A DNA stretch of 64,000 nucleotides from the sequence record PV292302.1, one strand, 5' to 3'. The notes beneath the pieces are model-generated. The model did not search any database, had not been told where the DNA came from, and worked only from the letters and a program-made list of their open reading frames with translations. The translations under genes and the position numbers were made by a program. This DNA comes from Escherichia phage Jgk1. Shown piece after piece: positions 45,801 through 55,408 of the stretch (positions within the stretch are counted from its first letter, which is position 1; each line of letters starts with the position of its first letter).

Positions 45801-48800
45801 AGGCAGATTACCTGACTTATCAAATTCAACCATCATATCTACAGCAGGTTTCAGTTTACCTTCCAGAGCAGTAGTAAGTTTCTCAGACATGGCTTCACGA
45901 GACATGTTGTGAACTTTAATACCGAGTGCCTGAGCCAGGCCAACCTGGAAATCAGAGAAGGTCTGTGAGTTCTGGTTAGAAACATCAATGGTAGAGAATG
46001 TAGGTAAGATAGCCTCACGAACCAGTTTACTAGACTGTGGGTTGTTCTTACCAAGCATCTGCATACGACCAACACGGGTCATGTTGTAAGCATAATGGAT
46101 AGGGGTTTCCAACCCTGCTTCTTGTTCCTGAACTTGTGACACAACACCAAACAGAGAATCATATGCCATAGCTACCGAGAGGTTTTTACCTTCCAGTGAC
46201 TTAGCAGTATTCACATTCAGTAATTCAGGGTTCAGAGTACCAGCACCCATTAATTCCAGAATGTTGTCACGTCCCATAGCTTCATAGAACTTAACCATTG
46301 GTTCATGAACACGGAACTCAGTAGCCTGTTCTGCTTTCAGGGCAGCTTTCTGTTCAGGGGTATTCTTAACAGCAGGGTTACGTAGCTGAGTTTGAGCCAC
46401 GGAAGGTACATCATCACCGAAGTACATTTTCTCTTCTGGTTCCACAAGCACTGCTTCTTCAATGGCAGTTGGGAACTTGTTGATAGCATCGTTATCGTCA
46501 AGCTTCTCAATGGTATACAGACCAATAGTCTTGTTAGAGTCTGGGTCAATCTCAGACACATCAAGCATGGACTCAGTAACTTCACCTATTTCTACCAGAG
46601 AGGACAGAATCTCAGTAGCCATAGCCATTGGGATACCTTTGGTATAACCCAGTGGTGCATCAGGATTACGATTAAGTCCCCAGTAAGACTCAATCTTTTG
46701 AGCCAGGGAGTTAGTAGCTTCGACCAGGGTCTGTGCATTATCAAAACTAGCCAAAATACCTTCAGGCAGCAGAGATGCATCAATGCCAGTAATAGCAGCA
46801 ATGTCTTTGATGTCTTTGGTAGCAGCATTCTGATTAGCAGTTAAACGCCATTGCAGTCCAGCAAGTACAGCAGTTTCAAGCAACTGGTCATTGAACTTGA
46901 AGGTATCCCCATCAGCTTCAACAATGTTCAGTAACTTACCACCAACCCAACGGTTAGCCTCAGTACCTTCAGCAAAGCGTTTGCCAACATTTTTATTAGC
47001 AAGGAACTTAGCCAGACGGTCTGACATGGTATTTTTCAGCTTGTCACCAAAGTCCATCAGAGTCTTATAACGGGCAATGACATCTGGAGTAAGTGCAGCA
47101 TTCTCACTCTGAGTGAACGTTTCAAAACGTGCAGCAGAAGACAGTGCCTGACCTACATCTTTCAGAGGAGACTCAGTACCAACGATACGAGACTTAGGCT
47201 CAATTGGAAGACTGAAAGCTTTAAGGAATTGGTTAGGTGTCTTCTCTGTATTATGCAGAGGATACACATTTTCCATTTCTGTTTTAGCTTCAACAGGTTC
47301 CTCAATAGCAATTGCCTTTTCAGACTCTGGATTAGTTACTTCTTCTGATTTTGGTTTAGTCTCATTAACAGGAGCAGTATTTTCTACCACTGGTTCTGCC
47401 TTAGGAGTTACAGTAGGTTTAGCCTCCTGAGTTTTTGCAGGAGTTTCATCAACCTGATTCACTGGTTCAGTAGTCTGTTGGGATTGAGCAACATCAAGAT
47501 TGCCTTGACGGAACTCTTTAACCACCTGGGCAGCAGGCTTGTCCAGACGTGAATCCAATGAGGTAACTTTAACATGAGAGACATTAAGCTCCGGGTAAGC
47601 CGTAGCAAGTGCATTAGCAATATCAGCTACGGTTTTGGCTTCCAGTCCTACTTGCTGGGCAAACTTAACAGACTTGGTATCGTAAGGATTAACACCGAGT
47701 CCAGTACGGCTGCGTACCCATTCACGGGATGGAGAAAGAGCCTCATAATGGACAGACTTATTCTTATCCGCATTCCCAGAAACCAAATGCTCATTCAACG
47801 CTCCGACCTTATTCTGCATGTGCTGGGCGAACTTCATAAAGTCGTCAAGGTAAGCGGAGGCCAAATCGAAGTTACCAGAGTTGTACGCAGAGCGAATGCG
47901 TTTAGCATGTTGCAACGCAGAGTACTGGCCTTCGTTAGAACGAGACTCATCGGTCTTAATTTGTTTACTAACGATGTCCTGAGGTCGTAAACCCAACTCC
48001 TCTGCCTTGGTATCGAACTCTCGTGCTCCCTGTAATACAGCAGCAGCAGATTGCAGGGCAGCACGTTGACGGTTACCCAGAGTAATTTTCCCTTCACTAG
48101 CATGTTTCAGAACCATGTTAACTGAATCGGCATCCAGTACTTCTGGAGAGATATCAGCAGCCATAGCAATATTATCTGCTTGTTGTTGAGTAGTATTCTC
48201 AGTAGCCTTCAACTGACCAGCTTCAGCTTGTTCCTGAATCATAGAGTGAATAGCACGGAAAGCACGAAGTACCTTAGGGGTATTCTGCACGTTAGCCATT
48301 AAGCCAGAGAACTGGTCAACAATAGCAGCAGCAGGGCTGTCCTTAGGCAGGTTATTAAGAGCACCTGGGTCACGATTAATGAAGCTATCCAGTGACATGA
48401 TGTTGTCATACATGTTCACAGCAGCTTCCATCTGCACGTTAGGGTCTTCGGCAGTATTAACCAAATCTGCCATCTTCTGAATAGCATCAACACGGTTAGT
48501 AGACTGAGCTACTGCCTCACGAACAACAGGGTGAGCTTGTTCCATTTCCACAGGGTCAAAGTTAACAGCCTGTGTCAGGTCATTTGCATACTGGTGTGCA
48601 GCAGCTTTCTCTTCTGGAGAAATATTCATAGCATCAACAGCATCAGCAACAGTGGTCTGTGCTTGTTCTGCTTGTTGAGCAGCTTCTTGTGCAGCAGCAT
48701 TAACCGTAGCATCAGCAACAGGGGAAGCCTGTTCATTCTGCTTAGCAAGGTTTTCACCACGTTGAACCAGGATGTTAGTAATTGGGGATGCAGCTTTAGC

Positions 48801-50219
48801 TACCACATTACCAGCAGCATTAAGACCAGCCAGGGTAGTACGGATAGCAGGACCAGCAGCAATACTTGCTGAACCAGCAGCAGCACCAGGAGCTTGAGCA
48901 ACCCCAGCAGAGCCAAAGCCATAAAGAGCACCCAGACCAGCTTGCTCACCAACACCTTTAAGAATGTCACGTTTTTCATCGACATTGCTCTTAATTGCAC
49001 GGTTCTGTGCATACTGACCAGCACCCGATTGAATACCTTCTTCAACCGTCTCACGAAGCATGTTGGAGCCAGCACCAGCCAGTGAACCTACCTTCAGTGG
49101 ATTAAGTTCAAACTTGGATACCAGTGGACCAGTTGCAGCAGCTACAGGAGCAGTGATTGCAGCAGCATCAATACCAGTTTCAGATGCAGTCTGACGACGT
49201 GCCTCATCTGGGGTCATACCATCAGCAATATGCTGTTTGTATAACGGAGACTTAGCCAGTAGTTCAGAGTGAGGCATCTTCATAATTTCAGATGCAGTTT
49301 GTTGATAAGCACCACCAGCTTCCATTGCACCAATAGCAATGGCAGGGGCAGCAATAGTACCAGCTTTAATAGCAGCAGTTGCTGGCTTATAGCCAAGCTC
49401 AGAAGCGAGAGTAATACCCTTAACGGCTTTCTCACCGAGCATAACTTTACCCAGTGCAGATACACCACGAATCAGTGGACCACCTGTAAACAGGGAACCA
49501 ACACCTTCCGCTAGCCCATCAGTTGCTGCCATCCCATTATCGAGAGTATTGGCAACAGAGTCGAAAGCGTCACGACCAATGCGAGACAAAGAAGCAACAA
49601 GAGGACTTTCACCATCTTTAATTTCCTGGTCATATTTGAATTGGTTAGCTTGTGCAGAAATCTGGTTCTGATTAGCTACAACTTTACGGGTTGCATTAAG
49701 TGCATCAGACTGTAGACCATGCATCCCTTCATTCAGCCAATCCATTCCAGAAGCAATGGTTGCCCCAGCATTATCATTGAGTAAACCTGCACCAAGAGCA
49801 GCAATGCCCCCAAAGGTATTAGCAACACCAAGACCAACACCAGAAGCAGTATCACCCAGTGCTTGTGCATTAGAACGTTCCATTGAAAGGTCTTGACGTA
49901 CTGCATCAGCAGCATTGGCACGACTGTTAAGAATCTGGAATCCTTGCTCAGTACCGTACTTAGTAATGATTTCCATAGGGGAGGCTTGCGTAAAATCAGC
50001 CTGAAGGGAACCTGGAGTGAAGGCATCAATACCTAAATTACCGACACGACCTGTCTGGAGATTATAGGCATTCTCTGGGGTTAATTGGAAAGGGCTTTGC
50101 CCTTGTTCAGCTTGCTTCTGAGAGGTTGCAGTAGAGACATCGACTTGCTTAGCATTAGTGATGCTGTCTGCGAAACCTGCCAGACGGTCAAATGTTGACA
50201 TGGCTTGTTTCCTGTTCAA
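39876..50219 (-). CDS. Virion-encapsidated RNA polymerase (vRNAP, N4 gp50-like giant protein)
   Basis: Single 3447-aa ORF; size and position typical of N4-like phages. Confidence 0.85.
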   Translation of the reverse strand: MNRKQAMSTFDRLAGFADSITNAKQVDVSTATSQKQAEQGQSPFQLTPENAYNLQTGRVGNLGIDAFTPGSLQADFTQASPMEIITKYGTEQGFQILNSRANAADAVRQDLSMERSNAQALGDTASGVGLGVANTFGGIAALGAGLLNDNAGATIASGMDWLNEGMHGLQSDALNATRKVVANQNQISAQANQFKYDQEIKDGESPLVASLSRIGRDAFDSVANTLDNGMAATDGLAEGVGSLFTGGPLIRGVSALGKVMLGEKAVKGITLASELGYKPATAAIKAGTIAAPAIAIGAMEAGGAYQQTASEIMKMPHSELLAKSPLYKQHIADGMTPDEARRQTASETGIDAAAITAPVAAATGPLVSKFELNPLKVGSLAGAGSNMLRETVEEGIQSGAGQYAQNRAIKSNVDEKRDILKGVGEQAGLGALYGFGSAGVAQAPGAAAGSASIAAGPAIRTTLAGLNAAGNVVAKAASPITNILVQRGENLAKQNEQASPVADATVNAAAQEAAQQAEQAQTTVADAVDAMNISPEEKAAAHQYANDLTQAVNFDPVEMEQAHPVVREAVAQSTNRVDAIQKMADLVNTAEDPNVQMEAAVNMYDNIMSLDSFINRDPGALNNLPKDSPAAAIVDQFSGLMANVQNTPKVLRAFRAIHSMIQEQAEAGQLKATENTTQQQADNIAMAADISPEVLDADSVNMVLKHASEGKITLGNRQRAALQSAAAVLQGAREFDTKAEELGLRPQDIVSKQIKTDESRSNEGQYSALQHAKRIRSAYNSGNFDLASAYLDDFMKFAQHMQNKVGALNEHLVSGNADKNKSVHYEALSPSREWVRSRTGLGVNPYDTKSVKFAQQVGLEAKTVADIANALATAYPELNVSHVKVTSLDSRLDKPAAQVVKEFRQGNLDVAQSQQTTEPVNQVDETPAKTQEAKPTVTPKAEPVVENTAPVNETKPKSEEVTNPESEKAIAIEEPVEAKTEMENVYPLHNTEKTPNQFLKAFSLPIEPKSRIVGTESPLKDVGQALSSAARFETFTQSENAALTPDVIARYKTLMDFGDKLKNTMSDRLAKFLANKNVGKRFAEGTEANRWVGGKLLNIVEADGDTFKFNDQLLETAVLAGLQWRLTANQNAATKDIKDIAAITGIDASLLPEGILASFDNAQTLVEATNSLAQKIESYWGLNRNPDAPLGYTKGIPMAMATEILSSLVEIGEVTESMLDVSEIDPDSNKTIGLYTIEKLDDNDAINKFPTAIEEAVLVEPEEKMYFGDDVPSVAQTQLRNPAVKNTPEQKAALKAEQATEFRVHEPMVKFYEAMGRDNILELMGAGTLNPELLNVNTAKSLEGKNLSVAMAYDSLFGVVSQVQEQEAGLETPIHYAYNMTRVGRMQMLGKNNPQSSKLVREAILPTFSTIDVSNQNSQTFSDFQVGLAQALGIKVHNMSREAMSEKLTTALEGKLKPAVDMMVEFDKSGNLPTDAVSILDTALGGDKSFVALMALMEYARYLNAEDKTKFTTPLYVEADGVTNGPINAMVLMTGGKFTPDWIRNTAKGGLFFGKRGKTMNEHRSQDDSVDLYEASTNSLQQALNELRNAYSNNVPVMNQMNHLQNLMDLFIKDFNLNEDGSLDLKRGIAKNPLTITIYGSGARGIAGKMVSAITDTIYERFSDVLQARAKNPDISPAMAMFGKEAASEADAEAMLKTFLDSMEALTGNVTVMRKGQLSVQPADGAITGKLDPQKFTVKGDALKNLQENMLHLFVEPMRTGIQNTVGEGLMYSTEQLQKATQIQSLVLQDMFQQAVQDKLAEKEKDPTWKKGDFLTQKELNDIQASLAPLAPMIETGSQTFYIAGSENTDVANQVLATNFDDRMRVPMSIYAPSQAGVAGIPFMTIGTGDGMMMQTLSTMKGAPKNTLKIFDGMNIGINDITDASQKANEAVYTSWQGNPIKDVYNSYAKFMKNVDFSKLSDETKKAIGKSALEFELREGATDQDLMMAATQIERNLRNIALGVDIRHTVMNQVQTTVDQMAAVGSPYVNNGQVILEGLTVDQQVAKLNELFDAELNKRRDAVRADKAEPVKEVPAMEQVGRVLKSGVRLLSNTAITKLLKEMTPEQQAVLNEIQKSQAAKDYKVVYGTLAQLDAYAVEKNITRPAPEDMEAAEAGNAYGWTNFEDKTIYLVTHSLETLVHELVHASTFESVLAHYEGTPNEAVQNIEDLMNQFRTLDVSKESPAMREAYADALNTINGHLSNGFIEPALAKSAALNEYMAWGLTNRELAAKQKKTSALKAMIQSVYDAIKRLVFGRKKAPANSDDMFSNLLFNSAVVMRSQAPTAAVSKDTTLFHSTAYGNNDRLAELGQTFDNLIVNYLGNEPVQQYIRKGKFSDALVNATKVTRDVQGHGFTMNMQEQRLFTNIVAALATEAAISPAALSRAQEYYAHVTKNLTVESFMADPNSTNPADRYYAQQKFDTITGANNIEFDAQGRSSLLPTFVGLAMVSEELRNVLAEMPVMKADKVTGNTVDAMLTNIGTSAMASLNARIAGDSKATNVQEGMDALAQTIMESSLNAQSFYDSVATPTGNAIDRANQYVIDGITQLADATLDKARTVAQTAKNPLVKATAHAAQLVAAVATEENGQIVAEGVMKAMNQGKVWQPFHDLINDLTGRTKSNASVYDLIKAVRSQIQADRQQFREHLPTTIASKFSRKLTKEEWKAMHTGMGKTDLAVLRDTMSLAEIRDLLSDQKIVDREVNKLEADLQNQAGRNWPLINRKSKQLAQFMINGTVGNNLLRNATAISRLLGERTAVKSTVDVAKLDKLITLYALEAMSKADRESLSSLAQSETDGIDFATSYLVGQRKDEMTKASADDRAALNHYKGYIPVENKQGVNLIVADDSQYSELLEKSYTRLGAYQGSSADRGRARSYYFSPVQAQAPFSQGILQNVRDTANGVDMGTGFTMGAMVAGRITDKPSVERISKALARGERGNEPLMPIYDNNGRVVAYEQSIDPNMLQHIAGDDHLAKAIGVWRGRQVEEAKAQQFNDVLIENLHAMYEKDISDSASNKSQYVNLLGSKLDPVTADALRLMNAETRRKAESLFGEGELWVRRDMLNDALGYRAASVGDVWSGNSRWSPETLSTFKKALLGAMGNNAYKYTMGGENLIQNLIKDAKTLIVVKSVVVPAVNFIANLYQMVARGVPLKNIAQGIPQKTSEINQYLKSRLRQVDAEAELRAATNPNQIRKLKAEIQSITDSHKRMSIWPLLEAGEFSSIADAGIGRDDILITEGKIYEYMDALANKLPKAVRTAGRYALITKDTALFQGIQKTVEYSDFIAKAIIYDELTKRKGKTREEALGRVTEEFVNYDRLPGRFRGYMESMGLMWFYNFKIRSAKVAVSMVRNNPVHAAMAMLAPTPTMFGNVGLPIQDNIFSIAAQGKLDYSWGFGQGLRAHNLNPWMNIVN

Positions 50220-50264
50220 ACTTATATCGTATGAGAGAACTCACTGTACAGTAAGTGAGTGTAA

Positions 50265-50286
50265 GAAAAAAGCCCCTAGTGGGGCT
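50265..50286 (-). terminator. Rho-independent terminator (- strand) upstream of vRNAP gene
   Basis: agcccc-tagt-ggggct hairpin with T-run on - strand. Confidence 0.6.
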
Positions 50287-50304
50287 TTATTAGTATGAAG
50301 TAAT

Positions 50305-52257
50305 TTAGCGAGGTTGCATATAGGCCGGAGTACCTTCTGCAAGTTGACGATAACGTCTAGCCCTTGCCTCATCTTCATTGGCTCGTGCACGGTCTACAGA
50401 CGACTGTGACTGGAAGCCCCTTGGAGCCAGGTTAGCTGGGTCAGCTTGTACTTGACCTTGTGCAGCCTGGAGCATAGCAGCAGCTTTCTTAACGGCCTCT
50501 TGTCGTGACGGCAGTAAAGCAACCAATCCAGTCTGACCAGTAGCAATCTTGTTCTGAGTGTTACTAAGAGCAGCCACAGCATTATCATAGGCCGTTTGTG
50601 CACCTTGGATATTTTGAGCAGCTTGAGCACGTCCAAGGTTACGTACACTACCTTCCAGAGGTTCACCACGGTTAACACCCTCAATAAGCTGGTCTACCTG
50701 ACGGTCATTCAAACGTAAGCCATTACCAGCCTCGTTAGTAATGAATGGATTAAGTGCATCCACAGCACGACTAATATATCCCTCTGGAACGTTAGTAGCA
50801 GCACGACGCATAACAGCAGCAGCAAGTGCTGGAGACATATTACCACGCTGAGAAATGTCATTCAGACGGGCAACAACCCAACGCTTATCAGCACCCTTGA
50901 AGTCACCCTCAAGTAACTTATCTGCTACATCAGTAACAGGAGAGTTATCATTCAGGGAACCAAGGAAGTCTGTATTAAGGCTACCTCGGTTATCCTGCAT
51001 GGAACGGGAACCAATCATGCCAGATGCCAGGGTAGATACAGCCTGATTACCCTGTGCACTTTGAATAAGTGCCAGAGGGTCAGCACCTACCTCAGCTTGG
51101 GCAATAATAGGCTTAACCTGTTCCCAGGTCATATCCTTGTAAGCACCCGGTGCAGCATTAGGCAGAGCAGCCCAAGTATCCTTCAGGTTGCCATTCTTAC
51201 GAGCTTCGAAGATAGCCTTACCTAGCTTCTCCTGGTTCTCAGCAGACATTGGCTGATTCTGCCAATCTGAACCAAGTACTTTAGGAGCAAAGTCTTTAAG
51301 GGTAGCCTGGTTAATCTGATATGCACCGACAGGGGATGCACCCAGATTAGTTTTCATACCATCCTGGTGTTGAACTACTTCACCAACACTCATCTGAGTA
51401 ATTGGGGTAGCAGTAGGGGTAAAGCCATAGGTAGTATCGTAAGGTGAACCTTGCTTAGTACCAGCAGTACCTGGAGCAGATGCACCCACACCATTACCAT
51501 AAACACCCGGATAAGACTGAGCCAGCATAGACTGCAAACGAGCCTGTGCAGTTGGGGACAGTTGCTTACTGTAGGCTTCTGCCAACAGACGAGCATCGTT
51601 GGGGTTCTCAGCACCACGGGTAATCTGTGACATCACACCAATAGCAGCCTGAGTGTCAGCATCATTACGCATAGCAACACCCGTATCAAAACGAGTACGT
51701 TGCTGGTTAAGTGCCTGACCGCCCTGTCCTTGCAGACGACCTAACATTTCCAGTTGCTGGTCAGCAGGTAATGCAGACAGTGCATCACGGGTGGATGATA
51801 AAGCAGCATTAATACGGGTAGGGTCACCTGTCTGGTATGCTTCACTCAATTGGCGAATAGCAGGAGAAGCAGCATCCATTGCAGAATCAGTATTCTGCAA
51901 ACGACCAAAGCGATAAGCATTGTAGTTGTTAGTCCCGGCCTGAGCTTCCTGGTTCAGCAAAGTACCTGCACGATTATCCAGATTCTCCAGAGTACGCTGG
52001 TTAACTAGTGTAGGGTCAACACCATTAAACAGTGCACCAGACGCTAAAGCATTGCGATACTCAGTAGGGTCTTGGTACTGCATAGCATTCATCATGACAG
52101 CATTGCCAGCATCCTGACGAGCAGCAGTCTGGAAGTTACCCAGAGCATCACTCAATCCACCAGTGGCATTACCAATCATGTTTCCAAATGTGCGAATGCT
52201 GTCACCAACTCCAGAGAAGTTGGGTGCATCAACATTTCGCCAAGTAATTTGAGCCAT
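50305..52257 (-). CDS. Virion structural protein (650 aa)
   Basis: Late-operon position; AGGAAA RBS; Gln/Asn/Ala-rich; segment GASPVGAYQINQATLKDF faintly lytic-transglycosylase-like. Confidence 0.5.
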   Translation of the reverse strand: MAQITWRNVDAPNFSGVGDSIRTFGNMIGNATGGLSDALGNFQTAARQDAGNAVMMNAMQYQDPTEYRNALASGALFNGVDPTLVNQRTLENLDNRAGTLLNQEAQAGTNNYNAYRFGRLQNTDSAMDAASPAIRQLSEAYQTGDPTRINAALSSTRDALSALPADQQLEMLGRLQGQGGQALNQQRTRFDTGVAMRNDADTQAAIGVMSQITRGAENPNDARLLAEAYSKQLSPTAQARLQSMLAQSYPGVYGNGVGASAPGTAGTKQGSPYDTTYGFTPTATPITQMSVGEVVQHQDGMKTNLGASPVGAYQINQATLKDFAPKVLGSDWQNQPMSAENQEKLGKAIFEARKNGNLKDTWAALPNAAPGAYKDMTWEQVKPIIAQAEVGADPLALIQSAQGNQAVSTLASGMIGSRSMQDNRGSLNTDFLGSLNDNSPVTDVADKLLEGDFKGADKRWVVARLNDISQRGNMSPALAAAVMRRAATNVPEGYISRAVDALNPFITNEAGNGLRLNDRQVDQLIEGVNRGEPLEGSVRNLGRAQAAQNIQGAQTAYDNAVAALSNTQNKIATGQTGLVALLPSRQEAVKKAAAMLQAAQGQVQADPANLAPRGFQSQSSVDRARANEDEARARRYRQLAEGTPAYMQPR

Positions 52258-52269
52258 GATGGTTTCCTA

Positions 52270-52731
52270 TTAGCGTGACAGTTTATTAGCTTCGATGTAA
52301 GCATCAGCAGAAGCCTGGTCACGGTTCTCAGCTACTGCACGGCTACGAGCACGGTCTTCTAGTGCTGTATTATAAGACTTAATCTGATTGTTCAGGTTAG
52401 TGTTAGTAACACTCTTAGTAAAGCTAAGTTGGTCTTTAGCCAGCTTATTAGCCTGGAAACCACCATAAATATTGGCTAAGGAGCCAAGTGCACCAAGTCC
52501 TAACTGGAAGGTTGGGATATTCATACCAAACTGTCCAAATGCACCTGCTCCACTACCAGTAGCATTGAATGCTGGGGTATTGGATGCATTACTAGTGAAG
52601 TCCATGCCAATAGTCTGACCTGGGTTATAGGCCATAGCTGGACTGGTAAAGTTCTGGTTGTTCTGCCCAGAGAGCCATGACATGGAGCCAGGATTCTGAG
52701 TAGGGTTCCCAGTAAGGAAGTTCAAATCCAT
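52270..52731 (-). CDS. Virion structural protein (153 aa)
   Basis: ORF in late operon. Confidence 0.45.
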   Translation of the reverse strand: MDLNFLTGNPTQNPGSMSWLSGQNNQNFTSPAMAYNPGQTIGMDFTSNASNTPAFNATGSGAGAFGQFGMNIPTFQLGLGALGSLANIYGGFQANKLAKDQLSFTKSVTNTNLNNQIKSYNTALEDRARSRAVAENRDQASADAYIEANKLSR

Positions 52732-52744
52732 AGGGATTCTCCTG

Positions 52745-55399
52745 TTACGTATTCAGTGATAAATCTAAGGTCATTTCAGAGAAGTTGGTAATCATATCCA
52801 GAGACATACCACCAATATCTGAACCAGTCATAGTAGTTCTGGATAAGAAACTATCGAGTGACTCTATAGATACAAACTGCATGGGGTCAATTACACCTAC
52901 ACCACCAGTACCAAACATCTCTTCATAACGATTGTTAACAGCCATCATATCAGAATTATACTGCTGCATAGTCTTCTCTGCCTGACGGATGATATCAGCA
53001 GTAGACGAATTAATGTACTGACTAATGCCGTTACCAACAGCAGAAGTAAGCTGCATGATGTTTTGAGCATTCATCATATTGGCTGCCATAGTAGACATGG
53101 TTGCACCAGTAGATAAAGCAGTACCTACGTTCATTGCAACTACAGAGGCAATGGCTGCAACAATAAAACCAATCTTATCACCAAAGAGCTTTGTAGAAAC
53201 TTTCTGGATAATTGAGATTAGAACTATAGCAGCAATGGCATTAGCTATAGCCCCGACAATAACAGCAGCTAAACCAACAAACCCAAGTGAAGCACCTACT
53301 GCACCATACGCACCGAGAATACCCACACCACCTGCACCAAAGGTAAAGATGGAAACAATTACTGCCACTACGATAACAGCAATCTTAAAGGCACTTGTCT
53401 GATACCACTTCTCTTTTACTTTCTTATACGAGTTCATAATCAAGTAAGTACAAGCAGTGGACAACTGAGTACTATGAGTCAAAGACATAGAACGGAAGAT
53501 GGAAGTATTCAACGGGATAATAAATCCAGATTCTTCAGCATCACCCATTGCCTCAGCTACATCAGTATCTACAGACTTATTCTTATAAACACGATTCTTA
53601 TGAGCCAGGCCAAGAATACGTAACTTGGTGTAGGTATTAGGTCCGGTCTGCCAGAGCATCTCGAACTCTTGCATAGTGTTACTAGTTGTTGAAACGCTAA
53701 TCTGCTTAGTAGTTGGGTCAGTACGAATGTTCTTGCGGGTAAGTGTTACATTACCTGCATAACGGGTCTTAAGCTGACCCTGTTTGGCTCCAGCCCAACC
53801 TTGTCCAGAATGGGAAGTTTCAAATACATAATTCCATGAAATGGACATATCGTACTTGTACTTCTTACTACTGCTTACCCTAAACGTCCGTGAAGGAATG
53901 GTAGGGAATTCTGGAAGAGGTGGTGGCAAGTCAGTTACTGAACCTCCCCCACTATGGGCATTCCACCAGGCAACATAAGCATCAGCAGCAGCATTACCTG
54001 CATCAAATCCAGCAATAACTGCTTCCAGTGTTGGATACATTGGGTCAGGTGGGAAAGCAGCAGTAGCCTTATTAAAGAATCTGTAAATATATTCTTTAGC
54101 CGTATCTTCTGGTGTATTCAGAGAACAGCCAAATGAGGTGTAGATATACTGTATATCACCAATCTTACTGTTCTTCTTAAGTTCAGTTACTACTTTAGAG
54201 AGCTTGCCACCAGTGGCTTTCTTTAAAGCACGGTTACATAAAGGCCAGACATCTGGGTCTGTTTCTACCCAGGTCTTATTATCACGAATAGGAATGAACG
54301 GATAGAATCGTTCATCAGCATCATCTGTATCAAACAAAGCATCCAGTACAGGGTTACCACTACCCTGCTTATAGATGAGCATGTTAGGTTGCCCGGCAGC
54401 AGACATAATAGTGTCATTGGTTACTGACTGAGAAGTGTACTGAATCTTAACACTTTCGGTTGTAGTAGTAGTGACGGTAGTCTTAGTGACCCCACCACCA
54501 ATATCTACAACGGTAGTATTGGACGTAGTGTTATTTACCTTGGTTCCAATTTTTTTATGAGTCATTACCCTGTTATCTACAACAATAGTTGTTGGGTCGA
54601 TGTTAGTAGTAAAGCCTCGCTTGTATACCTTGATGTAAGAAGACCACGTATAAGTACTTGGCGTGTCTGTAGTAACAGTCTCAGAAGGACGTCCATCTGA
54701 GTAAGTGGATACAGCAACGACATGCTTATTAAGAGCAGTACTCTCAGGAGTAGTATCATCTGATATCTTAGTCCACAAGAAAGTAGATGGCAGTTCAGCC
54801 TCAGTATCATATGTGTACAGGGGACCGACTACAGGTGGTTGGGAAGATGGCTCCTTATAGAATGTATAATCAGCATAGAGATACAAAGCACCCTGAACAA
54901 AGTTAGTAGGGGTGAATGTAATAGTGGAACCTCCCTGAGTGGATGTCATTGTGATGAGATTAGTATCCTCATCAATATCAATGTCGAATGTCTCATTAAC
55001 TCGTGTTGGGTAGTTCTGATAAATGTACTGGTCACACCATTCCTGAAAATCAGCAAAGTCAATTCTAGCTGCCTGCACATAGGTAGTCTCCCCGCTAGGG
55101 GGAGTAATCTGTGAAGCTACAACAGTAGGGTCAATGGCTGCCACTACCCCAAGGGAGCCAGCAGCAAGACCAATTACGCCATCGAAGTGGTTCTTACTCC
55201 AGGATGAGAACAGTCTCATACGGATACCAGGTCCACCCATGTAGCTACTGTTAATCAGGTCAGCCATATCAAACTGCCCCTGTAACATGGAACCAATAAC
55301 AGTGGTCTTCATGTAGTTAGGGCGCTGGTTGATATCCCCTGCCAGATTATAGGCAGAGGATGCTACGTAAATTTTAGTCTTACCACTGAACAATCCCAT
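52745..55399 (-). CDS. Large virion protein (884 aa) with C-terminal Gly/Ala-rich transmembrane cluster
   Basis: AAGGAA RBS; ~100-residue hydrophobic Gly/Ala/Val/Ile-rich region near C-terminus. Confidence 0.5.
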   Translation of the reverse strand: MGLFSGKTKIYVASSAYNLAGDINQRPNYMKTTVIGSMLQGQFDMADLINSSYMGGPGIRMRLFSSWSKNHFDGVIGLAAGSLGVVAAIDPTVVASQITPPSGETTYVQAARIDFADFQEWCDQYIYQNYPTRVNETFDIDIDEDTNLITMTSTQGGSTITFTPTNFVQGALYLYADYTFYKEPSSQPPVVGPLYTYDTEAELPSTFLWTKISDDTTPESTALNKHVVAVSTYSDGRPSETVTTDTPSTYTWSSYIKVYKRGFTTNIDPTTIVVDNRVMTHKKIGTKVNNTTSNTTVVDIGGGVTKTTVTTTTTESVKIQYTSQSVTNDTIMSAAGQPNMLIYKQGSGNPVLDALFDTDDADERFYPFIPIRDNKTWVETDPDVWPLCNRALKKATGGKLSKVVTELKKNSKIGDIQYIYTSFGCSLNTPEDTAKEYIYRFFNKATAAFPPDPMYPTLEAVIAGFDAGNAAADAYVAWWNAHSGGGSVTDLPPPLPEFPTIPSRTFRVSSSKKYKYDMSISWNYVFETSHSGQGWAGAKQGQLKTRYAGNVTLTRKNIRTDPTTKQISVSTTSNTMQEFEMLWQTGPNTYTKLRILGLAHKNRVYKNKSVDTDVAEAMGDAEESGFIIPLNTSIFRSMSLTHSTQLSTACTYLIMNSYKKVKEKWYQTSAFKIAVIVVAVIVSIFTFGAGGVGILGAYGAVGASLGFVGLAAVIVGAIANAIAAIVLISIIQKVSTKLFGDKIGFIVAAIASVVAMNVGTALSTGATMSTMAANMMNAQNIMQLTSAVGNGISQYINSSTADIIRQAEKTMQQYNSDMMAVNNRYEEMFGTGGVGVIDPMQFVSIESLDSFLSRTTMTGSDIGGMSLDMITNFSEMTLDLSLNT

Positions 55400-55408
55400 A
55401 CTGGTTCC

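Noticed and set aside
39890-50029. Dozens of 60-200 aa ORFs on both strands inside the vRNAP gene
   Set aside because: All are nested in or antisense to one continuous 3447-aa reading frame; low-complexity translations, no RBS context
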